Assembly: GCA_008632985.1 (NCBI GenBank)
Contig: QPGO01000054.1
Location: 1-64,000, forward strand
DNA: 64,000 nucleotides
From: Psammoneis japonica
Lineage: Eukaryota
Direction: 5' to 3'
The position numbers and the translations under genes were made by a program. Positions 23,839 to 36,285 of this stretch are shown one piece after another; position 1 is the stretch's first letter, and every line of letters starts with the position of its first letter. Under the pieces are notes generated by a model, which was given only the letters and a program-made list of their open reading frames with translations, was not told the origin of the DNA and ran no database searches.

Positions 23839-26010
23839 TGCATCTGGGACGGTTACAATGAAAGCCACAAGTCAAAAAATGAGCACAAAGGCGCTCTTCA
23901 GATGTTGAGTCAGAGTTCTTCTTAGCCACAACTGGGATGTTGTGAGTCTGGTGGGAATCATCAGAGATGACAAGCATGCCCATCTTCTTGATGAGCTCAA
24001 TCTCATCTGCAGACAACAATGACTTGGATTTCTCACTGGGTGAAGCAGTTCCAGTTGTCAACGGCAATTCAGCGAATTGCTTGTTTGAAGAAACATTCAA
24101 GTTGGCTTTTTTGGCAAGCTGATGTGAGACACACTGGCTTCCAAATGGTCTGCAGGGCTTCTTTCTTGCCAAGAGCCCAGATTCTTTTTGCTGGGCAAGA
24201 ACAGAACTTGCTCATCAACTGCTTGTTTGTTGCAAATGACCTTGTTTGTCTGTCTTGCTGTGTTGCACTCTTTCTCTCCTGAAGCTGGGCAGCATTTCAA
24301 TGCTCAGTTTGAGGTGCAAGAGTCAATCCAGTTGTGCCCCATTTCTGCATTTCAAAAGCAATTGCTTGTCAGCACATGCCAGCATGTGGGCAAGTCATGT
24401 TTTTTGGTGAGCCCTGCACAATGTCTTTGTTCTTGTTTGTCTTTGATCCACCTGTGCCTGTGTGCAACTTTCTTTTTTCACATTTTGTGCATTGCTTGGC
24501 ATGTCATTTTGCCTGAGTGAAAGGCAAAGAAAAAGAAAAAGCACCACCTTTTTTCATGCTGCAGCGCCAGCTTGTTGACACCCCAATGTTCCATTTCTTG
24601 CTTGCTTCAATGCCTCACTCGTCCTTGCACAGTGTTTTCCAGCACTGTGCTGTGCCAGCACACAAAAGTCCTCCTGCAGTGTCCTTGTTGCTTTGTGCTC
24701 TGGCATGTCTCTTGTTTTGTTTTGTGCAGCAGAGCATTTTGTTTTTATGGAGCCAAGCAAGTCAGCCTGTTGAGCCATCTGGTGTCATGCAGCCATTTTC
24801 AGTTTTTAAGCTGTTTTGTTTGTGCCCATTCTTGTGGAGATTTGTGGCTCAAATCCTGTCAGTTGGGTCACACACATGATCTTGACAAACAAAAGATGAG
24901 TCAAATCTTTTGAAAGTTTTGAGCTGAGCATGGTGCCTGCTGCCTCTGTGTCCAAAAACAACTCGTGCTTTGGCTTTTGTGACACAAAAGTGCTCTTGTG
25001 AAAAGAAATTGCAGATGTGCTTGTGGCTGCTCAATTGCCAGTCAGGCCAATTTGTCAAAAAGCAGACTGCTGAAGAAACCCAAGAGAACACAAAACAACA
25101 ACAACATGACAAAGCACGGGGAAGTCTGTTTTTTGTTTGTTCTTGCTGGTGCTGGGAGAACTCAATTGTGGCCTGGTGTCAGAGAGGTGGATTTGGAGGT
25201 GAGTGGCCAAGCAGGCAACAAGCAGGTTGTCCAGGCCACAGCATCATTCCCACATGCACGGGGGGGGGGGGGGCGGGGGGACAAAAGAAGTGGTGTTGGC
25301 CCAGCCAATGCCACAGCACCTGCAAACAAGGCACCTCTGCTGCTCCTGCTGACCAGGCTCCTGCAACCCCATCTCTGGCACAGGAGGCCCTCAGCTTCTT
25401 GAGTGTCACATGACAAAATGTTGTTGTTCAACACCCACAAGCTTGCCAAAGCATTGCAGCAGCAGCAGCAGCAGCAGCAAGCCCTTTGTGCATTTGATCC
25501 CTCTGCACAGCTCCCCCCCCCCCCCTGTGTTGATCATGTGGCTTCTGGCAAGAGGTTGTGAGCAGCATGTGAGTTGTCAACCAGTCAAGGTGCATCCTCA
25601 TGAGACATGCCAAAAATGTGCTCTCTCATGCAGTTGAAAGTGCCATCATGGAGGCACTCACCCAGCTGATTTTTGTGCAAAGCATCTGCTCACCTGCCTC
25701 TTTCAGGGTTGTCATGATGATCTCATGTCCGTGGAATTCCCATGCTGCCTCAACCAAAACAATGAAGCCAACTGCATTGCCCAGGTTGACTGCAGTCTTG
25801 TGAACAAACACTGTGCGGCTAACTGCACACAGGCACAGGCAGCACTCCTCTGCACTGGTGTGCCACAAGGCCAAGTGCTCCACAAAGGATGCCAAATGTT
25901 TCCTCCATCATCTCATGTGACACCATCCCTGCACGCAACAAGAGTTTGGGTGTGACCCTCCATGTTCCCGGCAACATTTCTTCAGGGTTTGAGTTGGCAC
26001 TTGTTTTTGC

Positions 26011-26070
26011 CAAAGTTGAGTCTGCCCAGTCCAGACAGACAAAAGTTGAGTCTGCCCAGTCCAGACAGAC
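26011..26070. repeat. 30-bp tandem duplication
   Basis: AAAGTTGAGTCTGCCCAGTCCAGACAGAC occurs twice. Confidence 0.9.
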
Positions 26071-29000
26071 AGATGCTGAGCATGAAAAAATTGCAAGTGA
26101 ATGAACCCCTTCCCCATCATCCAGTGATGAGCTGCAACTCATGGTGCAGAGTGTGATGTGATGCACACCAGCACAGCATTGCACTCAAAGTGGGGTGAGT
26201 GCACAAAAGGTGTTTGAGCTCTCTCATGAGCACATTTGACAGCACAGCACCCACTGCACCCCCCCTGGCTCTGCCAGCATGCACAAGAACAGCCCAGCAG
26301 GTGGCATGAGCCAAATGCAAATTTTCCTGCATCAACTGGGTGAAAAGCCCATGAACTCTTCCTCTGGAGGGGAACACAGAGAGAGAAGCAGCAGATGCAT
26401 TCCAGCCCTGGGCAGGATTGTGTGTGACATTGGGCCCGCAGAATTCTGTGTGCAAGCTCCACAGCAAAAACATCAAGCAATGAACATGTGAGTCATCGCC
26501 AACAGAAAAAGAGGCCATTTTGTGAATGTGTCTCCTCCTCCACACTTCAAGCATGTTGCTTGAAGTTTGCCCTGGGGTTGCATTCTTCAGACATCAAAGA
26601 GTGTGCCCGGCTTGCAACTTGCTCCAGATTTGGGTGGGCCCACATGAAAAAATGTGCCCATTTTTGCATGAAACATGCGGTCTAAACTTGTGGCACCATT
26701 TTTGACAGTTGCAACACAGTGATTTGCATGTGTCATCATGGCAGCACAAATGCACACAAAAATGTCTTGTGCATGCACCCATGCATTCGAAGCTGAGGAT
26801 GGACTGAGTTTTTGATCACCAAATGGTGCCGCAAGATGAGAGCTTGGTTTTCCAATGAGCAATTCATGACTGCATTTGTGTGATTCAAACACACAAAGCA
26901 AATGTTCTCATGCACAAACTGGCCCTTCAATGGACAATTAAAAGTGTGTTTTGTCAACATGCTTTGACCAGATTTGCCCTCAAGAATGGATTCAATGACA
27001 CATGCATTGCTTGCAAAGTGTGAGAAGACACAAGAAGAAATGAATCCCAGCCCACACCCTGACATCAACTTTGGACCCTTTTACAATGATTTGTGGATGT
27101 GAGCAACTGAAACACTTGCACCAGTTGATGACATGGAGGGAACACACACGGCAGTGGAAAAGAATTTGTCTGCAGAAGCAAGCTGCAAATGAAATGAAAC
27201 CAAGTTACAGTTGATAACAGATTGGTCTTTTTTTGCTCTGATTCAGCCTGCAACAAGCATTTTCATCAATGTCGTTGATGCCATGGAGCCACACAAAATG
27301 CTGCTGTCATCATCATGTTGTTCAATTTCCTGCAAGGTTGAAAAAAGTGGGCCATCATGGCCGCTGAAAGCCACGGCCATTTTGGCCATTGCTTGGTTCA
27401 AATTTCACCCAGTCATCTAATTCCCAGTGCATGAACACAACAACAATTGTGTGATGTCATCGATTTTGAACAAAGCATGAAATGTTTGTTTTTTGTGCCA
27501 AAACGGGCATGTGTGCTCCACCCAAGTCTGGAACATGTCCCATTTTTGTGCTCATGGATGGAGAAAATGGAGAGCCTTTGGCTTTGCAAAACAGGGAGCA
27601 CGGGACAATTTTGCAGAAAATCACATGTCAAAATGTGCGTGCATGGCATGCAACAAGATCCAAAAAACTGTTGATGTCACAGCTCAGCAATGCAAGGTCT
27701 TGCCTGGAGAGTTGGAGAGCACATCAGCAGGGACAAGAAGCTGTTGCTCTCATCTCTGCAATCTGCAACATGTTTTTGCAATTGATGGGAGAAAATCAAC
27801 CAAGAACAAAACTTTTGCACCTGTGGTTGGTGCACTCTCCACAGGCCAGCATCAGAGCACACAACACAGTGATTGAGCATGCCTGTCTCACAGTGATTTT
27901 TTGTGCCATTTGTTTTAAAATTTTTGTGCTGTGATTGGAGACTAGTTGCACACATGGTTGCAACATGTCAATTGTGACAGTTTGACAAATTGCTGCTGTG
28001 GGATTTCTGCCCCCCTCCGTCTGCAGGGGAAATTTCAAACCACTGCGAAACATCCACTTCTCTTCCACAGCTGTGAGCTTGCGGACCCTGCATCCCCACA
28101 AAATGTGCAAACCAAAAGCACTCCATTCATCCCTTTTTTGTTGATTGTCAAAGTCAAATGCAAATGAAGCAATGCATGTTTCATGCAAATGCCAATGAGT
28201 TTGCTGATTTGCTGCTTTTGCCATTTGATGTTTTTGCAGCTCTGCAGGTGGAGTCATCAAGGCCGACAGGTGCAGCGACCATTCTGGGCAGTGCTTTTCC
28301 TGCTGTCTCCCTCATCCTTGTCACTCAAGCCATCTCATCTGCATCATCCTCTTTGTCATTGTTTTCCCTGTCCTTCTCATTGCAGCTCAACAGCTCTGTT
28401 GTTGCTTGTGTCTTTGCCACCTTCTGCGCCGGCTTTTTTCATGGTTGTCACTCTTTTCCCTTTGTGTCACTTTGTCTCTTCTTTTCATTGGTGCACCCTG
28501 CATCAAACTGCACCCCTGCTTTGCTTGCCCTGTCTTTTTTCACCTCATCACACAGCTCTTTGAGTCATTCTGTTCCCACATCTCCCAACAATTTCCACTG
28601 TTTTGCAGGGTTTGTGAACATTGGCAACAGTTTTTTTCTCTTCCTCATCTTCATCTTCATCCTTTGCCCAATCTTCTGTTCCTTCCTTGCCTTGCACTCC
28701 CAAACACTCTGGCAGCTCTCTGATGTTGGCAGCCCCAGTGCCTTGCTTGCTGCAGACAGCTCTGCAACCTTCTTGCTGTCTCCCGACTCCACCATCTTTC
28801 TCCACATTGCAGTGCTTTTTTCAGAATTTCAGTGCATTTTTGTAGAGCCAAGCACGCACTTTCTTGTTGCTCCTTTTTTCACTCCCAATGGTCTTCACAG
28901 TCTTGTCCTCCCAAGTTGGCAGGAATCTTTCTTCAATGGGCAAAGCACACACTCTCTTCCTGCTGCTTTTTTTCTGGGGCACTTTGTTCTTGTCCTGGGT

Positions 29001-29677
29001 GTGTCTCTCCGCTGCCCTTGTTTTGTTCTTGGGCAATTCCCTGGATGGCCTCTGCGACAACGCCATTGTCCCCAATCCCTTTTTGGAAAAACACTGGGCT
29101 GCACTTGCAATTCAGCACATTTTTCATTGTCATCTGTGTGACGGTGTTCCTTTTTGCACTGATGGCACTCAGGACATGCCTTTTTGCCCAGTCTTCCCAC
29201 ATCCCTGCCCGCTTTTGCTGGCCAAATTTGCCACCAGCCATGTTCTTCCGCATCAGCCATGGCACTTTTTCATTGCTCAACATGTCTGCCTTTGCAAGGA
29301 ACTTTGCCTTTAGAAACAACTTTTTCCTTGCAACCTCTTCCACTTCTCTCCTCAGTGCCTTGCACCTCCCGCTTCATCCTGTCCGCCCAGTGCTGACAAC
29401 AGCCTTGGGCTTGCCTCATGACTGGAGATGTCCCTTTCTCTTGTTTTTTTGTGGTGTCTTTGGCATGGTCTTCTTGCCATTGATGTGATGATCATGATCA
29501 CCTTGTGTCTTGCAAAGTGTGATGATGGGCGCTCCTTTGCATCCTGCCATTGTCTGACTCCAAACCATTTTTTTCAACTCCACAATGTTGATGTCAAACA
29601 TTGATTCTCAAGCAATGAAGTTTTTGGCTCAAACTTAATGTTCCATGCACCCATTTTCCACTGAATTAAAAAAAGAT

Positions 29678-30118
29678 TGTCAGCTTTGTCGTTTTTGACA
29701 AGTTTGTCAACTTTGATGGGTTTGTAACTTTGGTGACTTTGATGAGTTTGTCAACTTTGTCAACTTTGGCGAGTTTGCCAACTTTGTCAGCTTTGTCAAC
29801 TTTTGGTGACTTTGTCAACTTTAATGAGTTTGCTGACTTTTTTCCATTTTTGGTTGCTTTGTCTTTGTTGAGTTTGTCAACTTTGGCAACTTTGGTGAGT
29901 TTGCCAACTTTGGAGACTTTGTCAACTTTGACAAGTTTGCAACTTTGCAACTTTGGCGACTCTGGCGAGTTTGTCAACTTTGGTGACTTTATCAACTTTG
30001 ACGAGTTTGTCCATGTTGGTGACTTTGTCAACTTTGATGAGCTTGCAACTTTGGCAACTTGGGTGTGTTTGTCAACTTTGGTGAGTTTGCACCAACTTTG
30101 CCGACTTTGTCAACTTTG
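29678..30118. repeat. Second, more diverged array of the same 9-bp satellite
   Basis: GTCAACTTT, GGTGACTTT and GGCGAGTTT units in the same orientation as the first array. Confidence 0.92.
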
Positions 30119-30126
30119 ATGCGCTG

Positions 30127-30353
30127 TGTCGTGACTCACTGTGGCGAGGCAACCAACTGAAGAACTAGTCGGTCGTGACCAACTCGCCGAGTCATAGAGT
30201 TCAATGCGATTTCGTGTCGTTGTGGAGGAGACATCAAGGGGAAGATTTCTACTGTGTAACCAGAGGCATGCACTATGTCGTGATTCACAGTGGGGCAACC
30301 GCAACGGAAGAGAACCAGTCGGTCGTGACCAACTCACCGAATCATAGAATTCA
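30127..30353. repeat. ~77-bp direct repeat pair at the right edge of the depleted domain
   Basis: GTCGTGAYTCAC...AGTCGGTCGTGACCAACTCRCCGARTCATAGARTTCA at ~30128 and ~30277. Confidence 0.8.
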
Positions 30354-30843
30354 GAAAACTCTCCAGATGCTAATAAGAAAGCAAGGAAAACACTATAGCA
30401 ATTCTCACCAGCATCAAAAGTACCATCTTTTTCTTTTCAGAATAGAAATGAATTTGTATGTGCCGGATCTTGCATTTTTTCAATTCGTGTGGTGTTCTCG
30501 TTGTTTGAAATAGAGATGTATCTCCAGTAGTTTTTCGCCCGCAAGGCACCGGCCATTGCTGAAGATGGGAGCGACGCTGAGATCCCCTCTCCGGTTGATG
30601 AGCTCTCATAAAGCACGACTTGGTGCAACCGAGAAGGATGATGACACTTGGAGAAAAGAAATTGAAAACTGGAAGAGCGAATGCGCATTGTTCATTATTT
30701 ACACGCCAGTGGTGCAGCATCAAGGCATAAGTCTTGAGCTGACTAAAGACACAACGGCAACGCTCTCTAGCTACCGGTAGAAGAGAGTGCTCTTTGACTG
30801 CGCTTAGACGTCGCTCATAACCCCTTGTAAATCTTCACAACTA

Positions 30844-33620
30844 TTAGTAACTTATTGCAAACACCTTGCCTTGCTCGTTGGGCTTGAGCATCGTCAGGCG
30901 TCTCCAGTGACAAAGACTCAACAATATACTTTTCTGTTTTCGGTCGGTGAAATGGCTTGCCAGAATGTCGTGCGCCTCTGACTGAGACAGAATTTGTTCA
31001 TCACCAGTGATGCGTGTGTCTCTCAAGGATCCGTTGAGTAACTCTACAGCGGTATTCACCTCGTCCAAAGATACTAACATGCGAACAACCTTGGGTGCCG
31101 ATTCGTGTTCCGCCAAACTTATCTTCGAAAGCCGGGCTGGTGAATTAGTCAAGCTTGCTCTCGAAGCTTTACTGCCGTTGCTCGAGGTTATATCGAGAGG
31201 GCTTTGAGAAGTAGCAGCAGATTGCAGTGGCGTACCAACTGGTGCAATCGGTGAGAGTGAGGTACTGTGACTGTCCACACCAATGGAGTCCTTCATTCCC
31301 TCTGTCTCTTTGGGCAAATGTTTTGCGATCCAAGCCGAAGTTACTGGAGTCCTTGGCAGCGAACTGCCAATATTTCCTTCGCTGTGTCGAGTCGCAGACT
31401 TGTTTGGGGTTGTCTCTAGGCGAGAAAATTGAAGAGACAGACTTCTAGCAGTAGGAGCTGCCTCTTGTTGGGTTGGAGGAAAGTCTGCCTCGAATGGACT
31501 ATGCAGAGCTCGATCATCAGCAGATATCGGCGACGGTTCAGACATTGGAGAATCATAAGGCGAGGTGTTCTCGTCGATTGGTTTCAACAGGCCTAATTTC
31601 TTCACGTGTGGGGTCTTTCGATAAACCTTGCGAATTCTTTCAGAATGATGCTTGTTTGGCGTTCGTTGATTCACCGGCACTGAAGGGCCGAGGGGCTTTT
31701 CTCTATGCAACCGTGATTTCTCTGCAGACGTCACTAGCTTTTCGGAAGAACCTTCTGCACTGCTCCCGTCTGATTCAGTCGGTGCACGATTCTTGCCTCT
31801 TCGATGTCGATGGGCACTTCTCGTGTTTGGGACAACTTTTATCCCAATGCTACTGTCATCTGCCACAAGCCTGTATCTGTCAAGGACAGGTGTCACCAGG
31901 AGACTCGCGTCATTCTTTGAATTCTCTTGCACCGGCGGCGAACGGGGCGGAGAACCAATCGTATCGTTCGATGTACCATATTGCTGATCGCTGTCGACAG
32001 AGCACGGCGACAACGCCTGATTTTCACTCACAATGATCTCGTCTACGCGATGTGAAGTTTCATCAACGACGCGAGAAGCTCCGGGAGACTGCGCAGAATA
32101 ATGCTCAGCGAGTCCCACCGTAAGATTCTGAGTCTCACTGGCATGGTCACGCAGTCGACCTCGTCCAACAAGTGTTGCGACTGTTAAAAGTGAAGCATCA
32201 TCGTACGTTTCATTCGTTTGTTGGCCGTCACTATCATCCGTGGCTCCCTCGCTGCTTTCGGTAGATTCTCCCGACGACATGTCGTCTTTCACAGTCGCTC
32301 GAAGATCTTCCTTGACCGAATGATCGTTGATACTGTACACGTTTGCATGGCCACCCTGTGCCAAATGTGTGTCTTGTTTTTGAGAAAGACTACTGCGACG
32401 CACCAACGTAGACTTCGTGCAAACCGAAACCCCGTCGTCGTACAAGGTGTCATCCAGCAAAAGTTCCTCTTGGCTGCCGCTGAAGTTTAGCCCCAAAAGC
32501 CCCTCATTTATGGAATTCGTTGCCTGTGTTTCAGAAGGGTCACTGTAGGTGATACTAAGGTTGACGTCTTGCTCTTTCTGCCTCTGGCTCTCGTCATTTG
32601 TATTTGCGGCTGCTTGAACTGTATGGTCGGTTTGTTCCGGTTCAGTATGTGGTGATGACGTCTCGGGAGAAAGTGGATTATCCGAGAGAGTCATAGATGT
32701 TCGGTTGACGTGTATTGGAACACTTTCATTGAATTGGTCTGTTGCGACGCGTTCAAGGCTTCTTCGATCATTCTGCATTCGCCAACGCTCCACGGCATCC
32801 ATGCTCATTCGTCTAGTTTCCTTCAGTACGGATGCGGTGCTGGACACATAGCAACAAAGGGAGAAACATTGTTGAGTGAGTTTAATATAATCTTGCATGC
32901 AAAATAGTAATAGGAACCATTTAAGAGCGAAGAATCATACCTTGGTGGTTCGAGACTGTCACGACGATGCGGCGTAGCTTTTCTCGATGAAAAAGAAGAA
33001 GCGGACGCGAGAGTTGGACTTGGAGCAAACACCGACGAGCTAGGAGTAGTTGTTGCATCCGATTCATATTCTGCTTCAAGAACCTGTTCTAGCGGTTCGC
33101 CAACTAATAAGCTATCATTCAGTGCCGGCGTCGTCGCATAAGAGGCCTGTACGTCTGGATAGCTCTGCCTGTCAATCGCGGGAAGCGTATCATCCCACCT
33201 TTCATGGAGCGGAGCGTTGTATCCATACTGACTCAGGATCTCCTCCAACCGGATCATTTGTTCCACATTTGTCTTTTGAAATGCTGCGCACAAGGAAGCC
33301 AATTCAGTCACCGTCAGACATTCCGAGGCCGGTAAGAGATCCTCTGTTGCGTTCAAAAAGTCCTCTTCAACCTGCTTCATTCGCTTCTTCTGACTCTGTA
33401 TGAATTTCTTTGACATGTCTGAAGCCTTTTGTTGATCAGAAGAAGCTATAGACGAGTAATAATAAATCGAGAAGTCAATAGCGGGACTCATAAGAACGAG
33501 AAAAAGGAAAAGCAAAAGTATTTTCGCCCAGCTACTGCTCGCAAATCAACACGTACCATCCGTGACACCGTTTCGTAAATCCTGGGAATCCCGTTGAATT
33601 TGGTTCGAAAATAAAGCCAT
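30844..33620 (-). CDS. Ska complex subunit-like protein (Ska3-like N-terminus, long disordered linker, Ska1-type C-terminal domain); 3 exons
   Basis: Exons 33620-33557, 33445-32941 and 32839-30844 join in frame via GT-AG introns. LEEILSQYGY; ISLAEHESAPKVVRMLVSLDEVNTAVELLN...KSILLSLCHWRRL resembles the Ska1 microtubule-binding domain. Confidence 0.65.
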
Positions 33621-33924
33621 ACGAGACGACAAGGTCCCTAGACGGGACCGTTGATTGACAAAGGACGGTGTCGTTGGGGTCGTCATGGTGTTGCTGTTGC
33701 TTTATTGACAACTCATCGTCGCTCTCTCATCACGCACATACATCGCGCCGCGACGAAAAAAACTCAGATTTTGAATTCAATTCATTTTATTCATGGCTGA
33801 ATAAAAATGAATATAATTGGTTTTGTATACAGTTATGAAGGTAATAATTACACTTTCCGCCTGGTCGCCGTACGTCTGATGCAACAACACAACAACAAAC
33901 CGCACTTGAAACCCAGATGCGACG

Positions 33925-35774
33925 ATGAGCAAGCGGAAACGGGAAACGCATCCGCCATGGTTGACTCTCCCAACTGATTTGCTCACCAGGATAGTCGAGT
34001 ATGGTGATATTTTGGATCTGCTGTCACTTGGACGAAGCAATCGGATCTTTCGCCAGGCTGCAAAACTGGTGATTTCTCGTGCCGATTCTCTGAACCTGAG
34101 CTTCCTCGCTCTGCTCCACCAGAAACGGGTTCAGCACCAACGAGCAAGTCAATGTCAGGATTTGATTGTGTCGAGAATTCTCGAGAAATCGAATTCATGT
34201 AAGCGTCTAGAGCTCTATGGATTACGCTTTGTGACGGGCGCGTGTATTGCAGATAACTGCAGCAACATTCCTCATGTCGTCAACCTGGAACTCAGCGGGT
34301 GTCAGAGATTCGACCCTATATTCTTGGAGGCTGCTCTTTCCGGTAGACTATCTGGTACTTTGTTACATCTCGGTATGTCTGGGTGCAGCCGCATTGGCCC
34401 GGCGACAGTGTCGCATATCGCGACAACCGTAAGATGTTTACATTCGATTGATTTGGAAGCTGTTCACAAACATTAATGATGCCTGCATTCAAGAACTTTG
34501 CACGCATCAACGACAGTTGCGCTCCTTAAATTTGTCTCTCTCAATCGGCTTACAAAGGCCATTATTCGGGAAATCTCAACTCTGTCGGATTTGGAAGTGC
34601 TTCGAGTCTCGTCATGCGCGAAACTCGACTGGATTCGACGCCTTGGCGGGTTCTCGGTAGAATGCTGTTGGATGAGCAAGGATTTCAGACTGTAGTTAGA
34701 GCTGTAAATAAGGGAGATGCTTCGACTCTGTACTCATACTATGAAACGTGGAGTCAGTCCCATCCGATTGCGGAGAATGAAGATCAAGATGTGGAGCAGT
34801 ATTTTAGACTTTCGAAAAAGCTTGCGGTGTTGGAGGCGATGGATGCATGTCACCCTCATGACCATTGGCCAGGAACGCTGGGGTGGGCTGTTTGTCTTAC
34901 CTTTGGGGCACTTCGAGAAGTCATCTTTTCTTCATGCGAAAGTCTCAGCGATGTCGACGTTAAAGTGCTGGCTGCGACGTGTTCCAAGTCACTCACGGTG
35001 CTTGAAATGGTTGCTTGTGACAGGATTGGAAACGATGCCATCAAAGCGCTGGCAGAATATGAATGTACAAAGCTAGCTTACTTGGACGTATCGGCATGTT
35101 TTGGATTATCGGATGAAGGGATAGTGTCGTTGTGTCCCTATGATTCGTTCTCCGGAGATGAAGAGATTTCCGATTCGAGTACATTTCGAACGGGATGTCC
35201 AGCGTTGCGATCTCTCAAGCTTCGTGAAGTTAACATCAGCGATAAAGCAATTTTTGCAATAGGTGGAATGGTTGAGGATGAGGATGGCGCTCTGCTTGTA
35301 TCAGAAAATGCCGGACTCAAAAAGCTACTCATGTTGAATGTCCGAAATTGCACTCGGGTCACGTCTTACGCCCTCAGCAAAATGGTGTGGAAGTGCGGGT
35401 CCCTGGTAGAGCTGGATGCACGTGATACGGACAAGAGATTAGTTTCTTCTCTGTCCCCCCTTCTAAGTCCCTGGCACTCGCTAAGGTTCATTAACGGCCG
35501 TCAATACGCCCGGTCTCCCGCCTTGCCGTGCAACTGTTGTTCCGTTTTAAAGAATTCTCAACGTCTGACGGCGGGGGTGAAAAAAGATTACATGATGCAC
35601 TGCGTTGATTGTAAGCTTGAACCTTTTCAAAACCGAGGCGTCTGCAGAACATGCGTGGAAACTTGTCATCGAGGGCATCGAACTTATATGGGCTCAATGT
35701 CTGTGTTCTATTGCGACTGCGCATTTTCAATATCCGGCCGGGAATGTCAAGCTTTGCCGCGACAGTCCGAGTGA
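33925..35774 (+). CDS. F-box / leucine-rich-repeat protein with C-terminal UBR-box-like zinc finger; apparent frameshifts at 34450-34640
   Basis: F-box LTLPTDLLTRIVEY; AMN1-type LRRs (LELSGC, LDVSACFGLSDEG); HCVDC..GVCRTCVETCHRGH..FYCDC. Confidence 0.8.
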
Positions 35775-36285
35775 GCATACGGTACATATGGCTTGTGCTA
35801 CTTAATAAAAAACTAGCCGAACGTGATCCAATCTATTCTTGGTGACACTGTAGGAGGCGGTTTTGCCTGAGCAAATCGAAAAGTGTTCGATTTCTCGGCG
35901 AAATAGATTTGGAATCAGAACCTTCACGAATTATGTTTGAACGAATGCAGTGCTACAAACGCGACTACCGTATCCTTTGAGTTGTAAAAGAGTGAGTGAG
36001 TGAGAGCACATATGAGTACGGGTAGGTTGAAGCCCATCGCTGCGGGTGGTTAGTTGTCATGAGCTCCTGCTGCATCAACTAGTTTGGTGTACTAGCAGCG
36101 TGGACTAGTCTCCTGTCGGAGTTGCTGGTCGTTGACGTAGTAACACTCTACCAGTAAAAAAAATGATTCTTTCCACTACAAGGGAACGTCAAAATGTGTC
36201 CTTTACTCTTATATTCTAAACCAATGCAACCTCTTTTCCCTTTCCACTTTCTTTCCAGCTACTAACATACACGCTCAAGTCTCAA

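Larger units (their letters stand above)
16200..30120. other. TpA-depleted degenerate domain 2
   Basis: About 20 TA in 20450-29680 (manual count) versus 16 in 442 bp of the adjacent intact gene. A small TA-containing island lies at ~17570-17790. Confidence 0.9.

Noticed and set aside
24300..29650. Possible DNA transposon (MULE/DDE) relic
   Set aside because: No recognisable catalytic motifs; left as unassigned degenerate DNA.
3230..30120. Classical fungal RIP or CpG methylation decay as the sole explanation
   Set aside because: Both are C->T processes and cannot remove TA. In the aligned copy TA loss (16/16) exceeds CpG loss (9/23).
3230..30120. Alternative genetic code or foreign (viral/HGT) DNA with unusual composition
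   Set aside because: The block contains a mutated copy of a neighbouring host gene and frameshifted relics, not intact genes.
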